Shown piece by piece: positions 9,022 to 17,751 of a DNA stretch of 64,000 nt. Positions within the stretch are counted from its first letter, which is position 1. Each line of letters begins with the position of its first letter. The DNA is from Paludibacter jiangxiensis (GTDB lineage Bacteria > Bacteroidota > Bacteroidia > Bacteroidales > Paludibacteraceae): assembly GCA_945870155.1 (NCBI GenBank), contig CAMBSB010000003.1:16708-80707 (forward strand). Reading direction: 5' to 3'. Below the pieces are notes generated by a model. The model saw only the letters and a program-made list of their open reading frames with translations, made no database searches and had not been told where the DNA came from. Both the position numbers and the translations under genes were made by a program.

Positions 9022-9514
9022 TTTATATCATACAATATTTAGATTCCTTCAATTTTTAAATAGGTTCGAAAACGGTACTGAAATCGAAATTGAGAGACTC
9101 AGAATTTGGGATTTTTATTTATTATTTCCAAATAGAATCCATGAGATTAGATTAAAACAAAATGAATCAGATGTCAGAAAAATTAGAAATTCGTTTGTCA
9201 AAGACTCGAATAATCCATACGAGAAAATCACTGAAGATAGAAAAATATTTGAAAAAATTAAGCCCTATCAACTTGCTGCTTTAAATTGTATTGCCTCATA
9301 TGACATAATTAACAAAGAATATCTTAGTCATAATATTATATCTATATCTAACAAAGCAGTGCTAGAAGATTTTGTAGCGAAATTTGAAAAGCTATCAGCT
9401 AAAGAATTTAATGTAATATCACTTATGACAGGTCATTTTAAATTAATGTCATTATTTGGGGCAGATGGTTTAAAAAATAGAACTAACTTAATAGAAAGCA
9501 AATACGATGCATAA
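8996..9514 (+). CDS. lmuC: Lamassu LmuC-like / ABC-three-component middle component
   Basis: MIVYNQAFDLYHTIFRFL...LRIWDFYLLFP pattern; overlaps both neighbours. Confidence 0.7.
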   Translation: MIVYNQAFDLYHTIFRFLQFLNRFENGTEIEIERLRIWDFYLLFPNRIHEIRLKQNESDVRKIRNSFVKDSNNPYEKITEDRKIFEKIKPYQLAALNCIASYDIINKEYLSHNIISISNKAVLEDFVAKFEKLSAKEFNVISLMTGHFKLMSLFGADGLKNRTNLIESKYDA

Positions 9515-11432
9515 TAATTTATTTTTACATAGGTTGTTTATATTGACAGAACAAGGTAAAATCGCTTACGATGAAACATTTCATAAAGGAGTAAATATCA
9601 TTAGAGGTGATAATAGTAGTGGAAAGTCAACAATTACACACTTTATATTTTTTGTTCTTGGTGGATCATTCAATGACTTTGTACCTGAAGGTCGAAGATG
9701 TTCTGTTGTTTACGCTGAAGTTGAAATGAATAATGCAATTTTTACGATTAAACGTGAAATTGAAAAAGATGAAAAAGAAAATATTAGTACACAGTCGCCA
9801 ATATATTTTTTTTGGGGAAAATTAAATGAAAGTTTAAACCCTCCTGTTGATAAAGTTTGGCAGAAGTTTGGTTATAATACAACCAATAATATAAAAAGTT
9901 TCTCTAATGTAATATTTGATAATTTAGAGCTACCAATTGTGAAAGGTGATAGTAATATTACAATTCACCAAATACTACGACTACTTTATGTTGACCAAGA
10001 TTCGCCAACCAGTTCTTTATTTTATTATGAGCATTTTGACAGCCAATTAACCAGAGAAACTGTATCCGATTTATTACTCGGAGTTTATAACGAAGAACTT
10101 TATGAAAACAAAAAACGTCTAATTACTGCTGAAAAAGAATTAGAGAATATTAAAAGTGAAATTAAGACTACAAGTCAATTCTTTACTGACCCTTTATCAC
10201 TTAGTCCGAGACATTTAAAAGTTAGCATAGAAAACAAAGAATTTCAGATTTTAGAGATTCAAAATGAAATTGCTGCAATTAGAACTAAAGAAAAAGAAGT
10301 AAATTATGGTACGAATTCAAAACTAAGTTTTCAAGCATTAAATGAACAAGCAATTACCCAACGTTATATTGTTGTGGAACTTGAAAATCAAAAGTCTTAT
10401 TTGAACAATGAAATTGAAGATTCAATATTTTTTATTGATACTTTGAATAAGAAAATTAAAGCCTTAAAAAATTCTATTCAAACAAGAGAATTTTTAGGCA
10501 ATTTGCCATTAGAATATTGCCCTGAATGTTTGACTAAAATTAAATCAAATGATTATGACTCAAAATGCAAACTTTGTAAAGAGCCTATAGATGAGTCTTT
10601 TGGTGTTATTCAGGCTCGACGAATGGAATTAGAAATTGGATTTCAAATAAATGAATCTCAAAAACTACTTGAAATCAACAAAAGATCTTTACTTGAAATG
10701 GAAGCAAAATATAGTGCTGAATTAGCGAAATTGCACGATTTTCAAAACCAAGTCAACTCTGCATTACAAGATGTAAAATCTTTTAGTGAGGAAAGCATAG
10801 ACAGCCTAAATAACTCGTTAGGTTTTATTAAAGGTGAGATTCTTCAATATAGAACTATGCTTGAAAATGCCGAACTTTATGAAAGATTGCAAAATAAGAA
10901 AAATGAATTAGATAAAGAAGTGAATTATCTTAAAGGTTATAAATTTAATGCAGAGAAAAAACAAGCTAATCTTAAAGAGCAAATAAACAAAAGAGTTAGA
11001 GAAGAAGGTGTATATCTTCTAAATAACGATTTAGACAGACAAGATGAATTTAAAAATGCTAGTGATTTCTATATAGACTATTCAAACAATATTGCATTTT
11101 TGTCAAATAAATATTCAAAATATTCAGCAAGTTCAAATTTCTATTTGAAAGTTTCAGCTAGATTCGCAATTTTCCTTGCATCTCTTTCAATTGAAGGTAT
11201 GAGATACCCGAGATTTATATTTGCTGACAATATGGAAGATAAAGGTATTGAACAAAAAAGAGCTCAGAATCTTCAGAAGTTACTAATTGACAGAGTTAGC
11301 CAGTTTGATTCAAGGCAATATCAAATGATATATACTACCTCATATATAACAGAAGAACTCAATGAGAGTGAATATGTAGTTGGTGAATACTACACAAAGG
11401 AAAATCCAAGTTTGAAGAATATAGTTAAATGA
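9507..11432 (+). CDS. lmuB: Lamassu LmuB-like SMC/Rad50-type ABC ATPase
   Basis: Walker A GDNSSGKST, long coiled coils around a CPEC...CKLC zinc-hook-like centre, signature-like YSASS, Walker B-like IFADNMED. Confidence 0.8.
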   Translation: MHNNLFLHRLFILTEQGKIAYDETFHKGVNIIRGDNSSGKSTITHFIFFVLGGSFNDFVPEGRRCSVVYAEVEMNNAIFTIKREIEKDEKENISTQSPIYFFWGKLNESLNPPVDKVWQKFGYNTTNNIKSFSNVIFDNLELPIVKGDSNITIHQILRLLYVDQDSPTSSLFYYEHFDSQLTRETVSDLLLGVYNEELYENKKRLITAEKELENIKSEIKTTSQFFTDPLSLSPRHLKVSIENKEFQILEIQNEIAAIRTKEKEVNYGTNSKLSFQALNEQAITQRYIVVELENQKSYLNNEIEDSIFFIDTLNKKIKALKNSIQTREFLGNLPLEYCPECLTKIKSNDYDSKCKLCKEPIDESFGVIQARRMELEIGFQINESQKLLEINKRSLLEMEAKYSAELAKLHDFQNQVNSALQDVKSFSEESIDSLNNSLGFIKGEILQYRTMLENAELYERLQNKKNELDKEVNYLKGYKFNAEKKQANLKEQINKRVREEGVYLLNNDLDRQDEFKNASDFYIDYSNNIAFLSNKYSKYSASSNFYLKVSARFAIFLASLSIEGMRYPRFIFADNMEDKGIEQKRAQNLQKLLIDRVSQFDSRQYQMIYTTSYITEELNESEYVVGEYYTKENPSLKNIVK

Positions 11433-11470
11433 CATGAAAGAAACGCTTTCTATTTGAAACAAACACTTAG

Positions 11471-11615
11471 GCGGTAACTCACGCCTCGGTCGTCAGTCTG
11501 CTCAAAAACTAAAATGAATTGATGTGAATCTCGTATTTGAAATTTTTTACGGTCAGGGGGGCGAATAAATAAAGGAGCAGTTGAGGTTTTTGCGCAGACT
11601 CTCGTTGGCAGCAAG
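11471..11615 (+). other. attC-like site between Lamassu and the OLD-type nuclease
   Basis: GCGGTAAC at 11471; inverted arms GTCTGCTCAAAAACT (11496-11510) / AGGTTTTTGCGCAGAC (11584-11599); right end GTTGGCAGCAAG. Confidence 0.55.
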
Positions 11616-11681
11616 TGTAAAAAAAAACAACAGATTGGCATCTCAAAAATAAAAAATATAAATAACACTTAAATATATAAA

Positions 11682-13184
11682 ATGGCTAAATCAGGACAAG
11701 TTCTTAAAGAAATTAAAATTCACCTGCTAAAAAATTTGAAAGACGTTGAAATTGATTTGAGTGAGAAAGCTTTAATTGCCATATTAGGACCAAATGGTAC
11801 AGGTAAATCAACTATTTTACATGCTCTATCATGTGTAAACAATCCAGTTTCATTACCTTATCAGACTGTTAATCACAAATTAAGCGAATTCTTTACTCCT
11901 ACAACACATTCTTTGTGGACAGGTAGTAGTTATGATATTTATCAATCGTATCATGAAGGTCAAATTGAGAATAATAATCATTTAAGTCGATTCAGAAAAC
12001 AAAAAGAAAGGTGGTCTCCTAGATATAATACAAGAATAGAAAGATATGTTTCGTTTGTAGGTATCAGAACTTGTGTACCAAAAATTGAATTAGAAACTCA
12101 ACAAGGACGTATTCAATACAACACGACTATGCTGAACGACCGTGTTTCAAACAAAGTAAAAGAAATTGCGGGCATTGTTATGAACAGAAATTATTCTGAA
12201 TACAATGATCATAAAACAGGAGGTAATAAACATTATATTGGCGTTTTAAGTAATGGCATTAACTATTCTTCATTAAGCATAGGCGCAGGAGAACAGCGAA
12301 TATTTTATATACTAACCGAAGTTATTAAAGCACCTAATCATGGGCTAATTCTTATTGATGAAATTGACTTGCTACTACACCAAGAAGCTTTGTTTAGATT
12401 AATGGAGCAAATTAATATAATAGCATTAGAAAGAAAACTACAAATAATTTTCACAACACATGCTCAATCATTAATCACTTTAAACTTTATTGCATTCAGA
12501 CATTTATTTCAAACTCCAAATAAAACATTATGCTTCAATCAAACTAAACCAGATGCCTTGCAAAGATTAACAGGAATACAATTAAGACCTTTAGAGGTTT
12601 TTGTGGAAGATGACCTTGCTCGAGTTTTAGTAAAAAAAATATGTTCTGAAGAACGAATGTCAAAATATATTTCAATTAAAGAATTTGGTGCTGCAATAAA
12701 TTGTTTTACTTCTGTTTGTGGTTCTATACTAAACAATATAAGTAATTTGGAGAATATGATTTTCATAATAGATGGAGATTTGTATAGAAGTATAGAAGAA
12801 AAGAAAGACAGAATCAAAAAGATATTAACAGGAAACACTGTAGAACATGAAAATTTGAGAGAATTGGCTTTTGAAAAGATTACCCAGTTCATAATTCCAA
12901 ATAATGTAAAACCAGAACATTATTATCATGGTCTTATTTGCGCACTTCCATACGAAAATCTCCAACCAGAACAAATTGAGATTATTGAGGTGGCTAAACA
13001 AATTGGAAACCCGGGAGACTCACATAAATATTTTGATGATATAATTGTAAGAATGGACTATGAAAGAGAAGTGGGTCTTAACAAACTAGTTGATTTATTA
13101 TCATTGACAGACAATTGGGTTAACATTAAGGGTAATATTAAAGTTTGGTTAGAAACTAAAAAAGACGAAATATTAGAAGAATAA
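11682..13184 (+). CDS. OLD-type ABC ATPase-TOPRIM nuclease (AAA_21-like plus TOPRIM)
   Basis: GPNGTGKST, SIGAGEQR signature, LILIDEID, FTTH; TOPRIM VFVED and IIDGD. Confidence 0.75.
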   Translation: MAKSGQVLKEIKIHLLKNLKDVEIDLSEKALIAILGPNGTGKSTILHALSCVNNPVSLPYQTVNHKLSEFFTPTTHSLWTGSSYDIYQSYHEGQIENNNHLSRFRKQKERWSPRYNTRIERYVSFVGIRTCVPKIELETQQGRIQYNTTMLNDRVSNKVKEIAGIVMNRNYSEYNDHKTGGNKHYIGVLSNGINYSSLSIGAGEQRIFYILTEVIKAPNHGLILIDEIDLLLHQEALFRLMEQINIIALERKLQIIFTTHAQSLITLNFIAFRHLFQTPNKTLCFNQTKPDALQRLTGIQLRPLEVFVEDDLARVLVKKICSEERMSKYISIKEFGAAINCFTSVCGSILNNISNLENMIFIIDGDLYRSIEEKKDRIKKILTGNTVEHENLRELAFEKITQFIIPNNVKPEHYYHGLICALPYENLQPEQIEIIEVAKQIGNPGDSHKYFDDIIVRMDYEREVGLNKLVDLLSLTDNWVNIKGNIKVWLETKKDEILEE

Positions 13185-13275
13185 AAATAACTATCTCCAA
13201 TATCCGTCCTAGCGGATATATCTAATTTATATTTATGCACAAAATGTGAGTTGCGCGCTAGGTGTTCAAAAAAAA

Positions 13276-14249
13276 ATGAATTAATGACCACCCCTAACCC
13301 CTCCAAGGAGGGGAATAGCTTAGTGAAATGAAAAGGCTTGTAAATAAAATAGGAGATGAAGAATATAAAATTACCAAGTAACAATCCAAAAACAGACGAA
13401 CTGCACCCCTCCTTGGAGGGGCTGGGGGAGGTCGATACTCCCAAACGAGCTGAATACAACACTGCTGATTCGGATGTATATGGTTTTATAAAGGATGCCA
13501 GAAGAGATCTTTTGGAACATCCAACACATGCAGAGATAATGCTTTGGAAGTATTTGAAAAGTAATCAAACTGGGTATAAATTCAGGCGACAACATGTGAT
13601 AGGTAAATATATTGTAGACTTTGTGTGTTTACCCAAAAAGCTAGTTGTAGAGATTGATGGAAAGATACATTTAAAACAGCAGGTAGACGATGCTATAAGA
13701 ACAGCAGACTTGAATACCTTAGGTTTTCGTGTTATTAGATTTAAAAATGAAGATGTTTTTCTTAATGTTTCAAATGTAGTGGCAGATATAAAAAAGGAAT
13801 TGGAACTGTAAATAAATATCAGACCACCCCTGACCCCTCCAAGGAGGGGAATAGTTTAGTGAAATGAAAAGGCTTGTAAATAAAATAGGAGATGAAGACT
13901 ATAAAATTACCAAACAACAATCCAAAAACAGACGTACTGTACCCTCCCGATAGCTATCGGGGTGGAGGGGCTGGGGGAGGTCGGCACATCAAAATATACT
14001 GAATAACTCATTTATATAAGCAGATAAATTCAACTTAATATTTTGCGCAAAATTCCACGTCATGTTATCTAGAAATTTGAATTAATGACCACCCCTAACC
14101 CCTCCAAGGAGGGGAATAGCTTAGTGAAATGAAAAGGCTTGTAAATAAAATAGGAGATGAAGACTATAAAATTACCAAGCAACAATCCAAAAACAGACGA
14201 ACTGCACCCTCCCGATAGCTATCGGGGTGGAGGGGCTGGGGGAGGTCGG
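13276..14249 (+). repeat. Three ~160-175 bp direct repeats (13276-13434, 13822-13984, 14078-14249) with GC-rich hairpin ends
   Basis: GACCACCCCT(A/G)ACCCCTCCAAGGAGGGGAATAG...GGAGGGGCTGGGGGAGGTCG is repeated nearly identically. Confidence 0.95.
13356..13811 (+). CDS. DUF559 / very-short-patch-repair-like endonuclease
   Basis: PTHAEIMLWKYLK, YKFRRQHVIGKYIVDFVC, LVVEIDGKIH, D..RT..L..LGFRVIRF.N. Confidence 0.9.
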   Translation: MKNIKLPSNNPKTDELHPSLEGLGEVDTPKRAEYNTADSDVYGFIKDARRDLLEHPTHAEIMLWKYLKSNQTGYKFRRQHVIGKYIVDFVCLPKKLVVEIDGKIHLKQQVDDAIRTADLNTLGFRVIRFKNEDVFLNVSNVVADIKKELEL

Positions 14250-14486
14250 TAATTTAGAACATGCTGAAAATAAACTTTTTTACCAACGAATTTATTCAAC
14301 TTTATCATTACATCCAAAAGCTAAGAGATGCGCTAGTTAGGAATCATATGTAATTGCAAGCTTATGACCGCTGGTACCAAACAATAAGGTTCCGAATCAT
14401 ACCACAAATAAATCAGATAAATACCTTGTAAGACTAATCTACTTACAACAGAAATAAACTTTCCTGAATTAAATTATAATGCTGAT

Positions 14487-14687
14487 TTGAATTATTTTAC
14501 AATTAAATCTTCGTTGGATGCAGATATCGACTATTGTATCAATAATATTGCTGGTCAAAAAATAACACAACACTCTACAAAAACCACTATAAAAACAACT
14601 ATGGAATTAAGTAAAGGTATTTATATTCTTGTCATTAAATCAAAAGAAAATCAAAATAAAATAAAATACAAAATAATTATCAATTAA
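14487..14687 (+). pseudogene. Orphan T9SS type A C-terminal sorting domain remnant
   Basis: INNIAGQKI...LSKGIYILVIK...KIIIN ending, with no cargo domain or signal peptide upstream. Confidence 0.5.
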
Positions 14688-14913
14688 ATTGCTGTTTAAA
14701 ACTTATTTACTACATTTGCAACAGATTATGTTGCATTCATAATAATTTTAAAGTTTATACAAACAATTCAAAAAGACTATTTCGTGAGAAATGGTCTTTT
14801 TTTTATGCAAATAGTTTGATAATTAAAAATTATAATTAACTTTGTTGCATTCTTTGAAATAGCTGATAAAAATGGTGTTAATTAACAATAATCTTATTTT
14901 AAACTTAGTTTTT

Positions 14914-15264
14914 ATGGAAGCAAAAAAAATCTTATTGTATATTGTTTTAGCTGCGGTTGGGTTTTTGGGAATTGTTGGTATAATACAACTCACCAAAGTA
15001 TCAACCGAAATAAAAGCATCCCGCCGCAATATCGACAGTGTTATGCAAGTAGTGAAGGAATCGAAAATGATCATTCAAAAACAAGCCGGCACCATTGACA
15101 AAATGCAAGAACTCAATTTGGATTTATACCGCAAGGTAAACGAATCGGATTCAATCAATAAATTGATAAAACAGAGCATTGACATTAAGCTCAACAATGC
15201 TAACAAAACCCTGAAAGATATTAAAAAAGAAATTGAAGAAATTGAAATCCCAATAATCAATTAA
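14914..15264 (+). CDS. N-terminally anchored coiled-coil membrane protein (i-spanin-like architecture, tentative)
   Basis: One N-terminal TM helix followed by heptad-rich helix. Start placed at ATG 14914 rather than 14872. Confidence 0.6.
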   Translation: MEAKKILLYIVLAAVGFLGIVGIIQLTKVSTEIKASRRNIDSVMQVVKESKMIIQKQAGTIDKMQELNLDLYRKVNESDSINKLIKQSIDIKLNNANKTLKDIKKEIEEIEIPIIN

Positions 15265-15268
15265 GCCA

Positions 15269-15817
15269 ATGAGAACACTTATCACCATCAGTATTTTCCT
15301 GTTACTGTTTACGGGAATACAAGCTCAAACCGATATTTTAATCAAAACAAAAAACAACAGTAAAGTAGTTGATATTGACACCCTGACAGGTATAAAAAAC
15401 AAAACTTTACGTTGCGAGTCCGATACTATATATATTATCAATCCCTATGGCATAAAAGCCTTTTATAAATGTGTCGACGATTTAAGCAAAGTAAAGAACC
15501 TATCATCCTCACTCAACGATCTTTCGTTTAACCTCAACAGTATTAATAGCAATGTTAACACCATGTTTAACAATATGGGTGAAGTAAACAGCTTTATTAA
15601 AAAATACAGCACTGAAACAGAAAAAAACCTGATAACATTGGAAACAAATAATTCAGTATTAAACAAAAACCTCACTGATGTAAATCAAAAACTGGCTGAA
15701 GTACAAGCCAGCTTAAAAGCGCAACAGATGAAAAACATCGGTACTAATTTAATGTGGGGTGCTGGTGGTATTACTGTAGGAGGTTTGCTGGTGGCTGTAT
15801 TAATGTTGATAAAATAA
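15269..15817 (+). CDS. Signal-peptide coiled-coil protein with C-terminal Gly-rich hydrophobic helix
   Basis: SPI-type signal (IQA/Q), N/L-rich coiled coil, terminal WGAGGITVGGLLVAVLML. Confidence 0.65.
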   Translation: MRTLITISIFLLLFTGIQAQTDILIKTKNNSKVVDIDTLTGIKNKTLRCESDTIYIINPYGIKAFYKCVDDLSKVKNLSSSLNDLSFNLNSINSNVNTMFNNMGEVNSFIKKYSTETEKNLITLETNNSVLNKNLTDVNQKLAEVQASLKAQQMKNIGTNLMWGAGGITVGGLLVAVLMLIK

Positions 15818-15837
15818 ATGAGCGGCCCCACGGTCCG

Positions 15838-16114
15838 GCCCCCTAACCCCTGCCTACCGCAGACAAGCCCTAAAGGGGGAATAGAGAGGGGAAAAATGAA
15901 TTGTTTTATAAATATAATTCCTTTATACAATAGTAATATTCTTGTTTAAATTAAAATAAATTATTCATCTATTAAAGTAATTACTCACCACAAATCAAAT
16001 AGTGTAGTTCATTAATTTTGAAGTGAACTACTAATCAAAATAAAACTTAATATGTCAAGAATAGAGATTTAATTATTTATTGAATAATATTCCCCCTTTA
16101 GGGGGTTAGGGGGC
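15838..16114. mobile_element. MITE/REPIN-like element with 27-bp terminal inverted repeats
   Basis: Right end TATTCCCCCTTTAGGGGGTTAGGGGGC is the reverse complement of the left end once a 19-nt insert is removed. An identical 27-mer occurs at 40323-40349 and variants at 33361-33397 and 59021-59043. Confidence 0.6.
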
Positions 16115-16166
16115 AGATTAGGGGCAGATTAGGGGCAGAGTTTTACTTTTTAAAATTTAATGCAAT

Positions 16167-16658
16167 ATGGAAAATCTGATTATTTCAGTATCATTGACAT
16201 TGTTTATGTTGAGTTTAATAACCGAGAAGATCTCAAACTTTATTAAACTAAATATCCCTTCGCTAGCCAATAAAGCCAATAGCGAAAAAGGCGAAAAGAA
16301 CCGGGAACGCAAGATGCAAATAATTACCGGTATAATAGGAATTGCAGTGGCTATGGCTTGTAATGCCGACTTCTTTGTGCTTATTGCCGAAGATAGCAAA
16401 ATAGAACCTTTGACCTTGCTCACTTTTAAAGGTGCGGTAGGTTGTGTTATCACGGGTTTGTTTTTAAGTCAGGGTTCTAAGTTTTTCCACGACTTATTGA
16501 ATACAGTTTTGTATTATAAAAATATGCGTAAAGCAATTTATAATAAACAAGAAATACAAAATGAATTATTGCAATCAGAAAAAAACCTTACTGCCGATGA
16601 TTTAATAGCAGCCGTAACAGCTAACCAAAGACAGGACGATGAAGATGTTAACAGTTAA
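16167..16658 (+). CDS. Putative holin-like membrane protein
   Basis: Three hydrophobic segments with an ITGLFLSQGSKFFHDLL motif; directly upstream of an amidase. Confidence 0.55.
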   Translation: MENLIISVSLTLFMLSLITEKISNFIKLNIPSLANKANSEKGEKNRERKMQIITGIIGIAVAMACNADFFVLIAEDSKIEPLTLLTFKGAVGCVITGLFLSQGSKFFHDLLNTVLYYKNMRKAIYNKQEIQNELLQSEKNLTADDLIAAVTANQRQDDEDVNS

Positions 16659-16670
16659 AACGACACTACT

Positions 16671-17405
16671 ATGTTAAACATAACAGAAAAGCTAATCAGC
16701 AAAAACCGCCCTTTCAGAAAACTAGTTTCTTTAAAGGCAATTATCATTCACTGGACTGCCAACACCAACAAGGGAGCAAATGCACTTGCCAATGCTAAGT
16801 ATTTTAATTCGGATCAATATCTGATTAAAAAGGATAAAACAAAAGTAAAAATATCAGCTTCGGCTCATTATGTAGTGGACGATAAAAACATTATCCAATG
16901 TATCCCCGACAATGAAGTTGGATATCATGTAGGTTCAAAATCGGGCTACAAAGAATTGGTATATACTAAAATAGGCATTCCACGCTCCGACAGTCCGAAT
17001 AACTATACCATAGGCATAGAAATGTGTGTAAACTCCGATTCGGACTTTGTAAAAACAAGACAAAACACTATAGAACTGACAATAGACTTACTGAAAAAAC
17101 ACAATTTGACAGCATCTAATGTTTTCCGTCATTATGATATTACAGGCAAAGACTGTCCTAAAATGATGATAGACGGTAATGCTTGGTATGAGTTTTTGTT
17201 AGAAATAGAAAATTATAATGTAAACGCTATCAAACTACGCGTAAACACCAATGAATTGAATGTAAGAGCCGGTAGCGGCACAAACTACCCCATAAAGCGC
17301 AAACTAAAACAAGACGATATTGTAACAAAACTAGAACAATCCGGTCAATGGTACAGAATCGGAGATGATGAATGGATACATGCTAGTTATGTGATAATGG
17401 GGTGA
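16671..17405 (+). CDS. N-acetylmuramoyl-L-alanine amidase (Amidase_2) with C-terminal SH3b; endolysin-like
   Basis: IIIHWTAN, SAHYVVD, TIGIEMC, RHYDITGKDCP zinc-amidase motifs; LNVRAGSGTNY...WYRI...WIHASYV SH3b; no signal peptide. Confidence 0.9.
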   Translation: MLNITEKLISKNRPFRKLVSLKAIIIHWTANTNKGANALANAKYFNSDQYLIKKDKTKVKISASAHYVVDDKNIIQCIPDNEVGYHVGSKSGYKELVYTKIGIPRSDSPNNYTIGIEMCVNSDSDFVKTRQNTIELTIDLLKKHNLTASNVFRHYDITGKDCPKMMIDGNAWYEFLLEIENYNVNAIKLRVNTNELNVRAGSGTNYPIKRKLKQDDIVTKLEQSGQWYRIGDDEWIHASYVIMG

Positions 17406-17751
17406 GAAGAAAGGATTTATATTATTATTTATTGTGTATTATCGCATCATAGTAATAGAAGTGTTTTGATATTTTTATTTTATATATTTATTTTACTTTA
17501 TTTATATAATAATCGAAAATATATATTATATTTGCAAGGTATTTAAGTAAAAATGTAGCAGCTTTACTTAAACATTATTAAGATATACAAACTGATTACT
17601 AAGCTGATTATAGGTAATAGTGGACATTAGTTGTTAGCTAAGTATATATTTAGAGGGTTTAGGTAAGTGTAAAAAAGAAATCTATATAATAGTAGTTTAA
17701 TTATTAATTAATGAATTCTTCATAATACATAACAATATAAATTCAATAAAT

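Noticed and set aside
11450-11668. 72-aa minus-strand ORF
   Set aside because: It spans the attC-like inverted repeat and is antisense to the island's orientation.
11433-13184. Retron (ncRNA plus OLD effector) or Gabija
   Set aside because: No reverse transcriptase or UvrD helicase is adjacent; the upstream inverted repeat fits an attC-like site better than msr-msd.
13276-14249. CRISPR array
   Set aside because: Units are 160-175 bp, spacers are irregular (one is a gene), and no cas genes are present.
14872-17405. Intact prophage
   Set aside because: No capsid, terminase, tail, integrase or replication genes flank the lysis-like genes.
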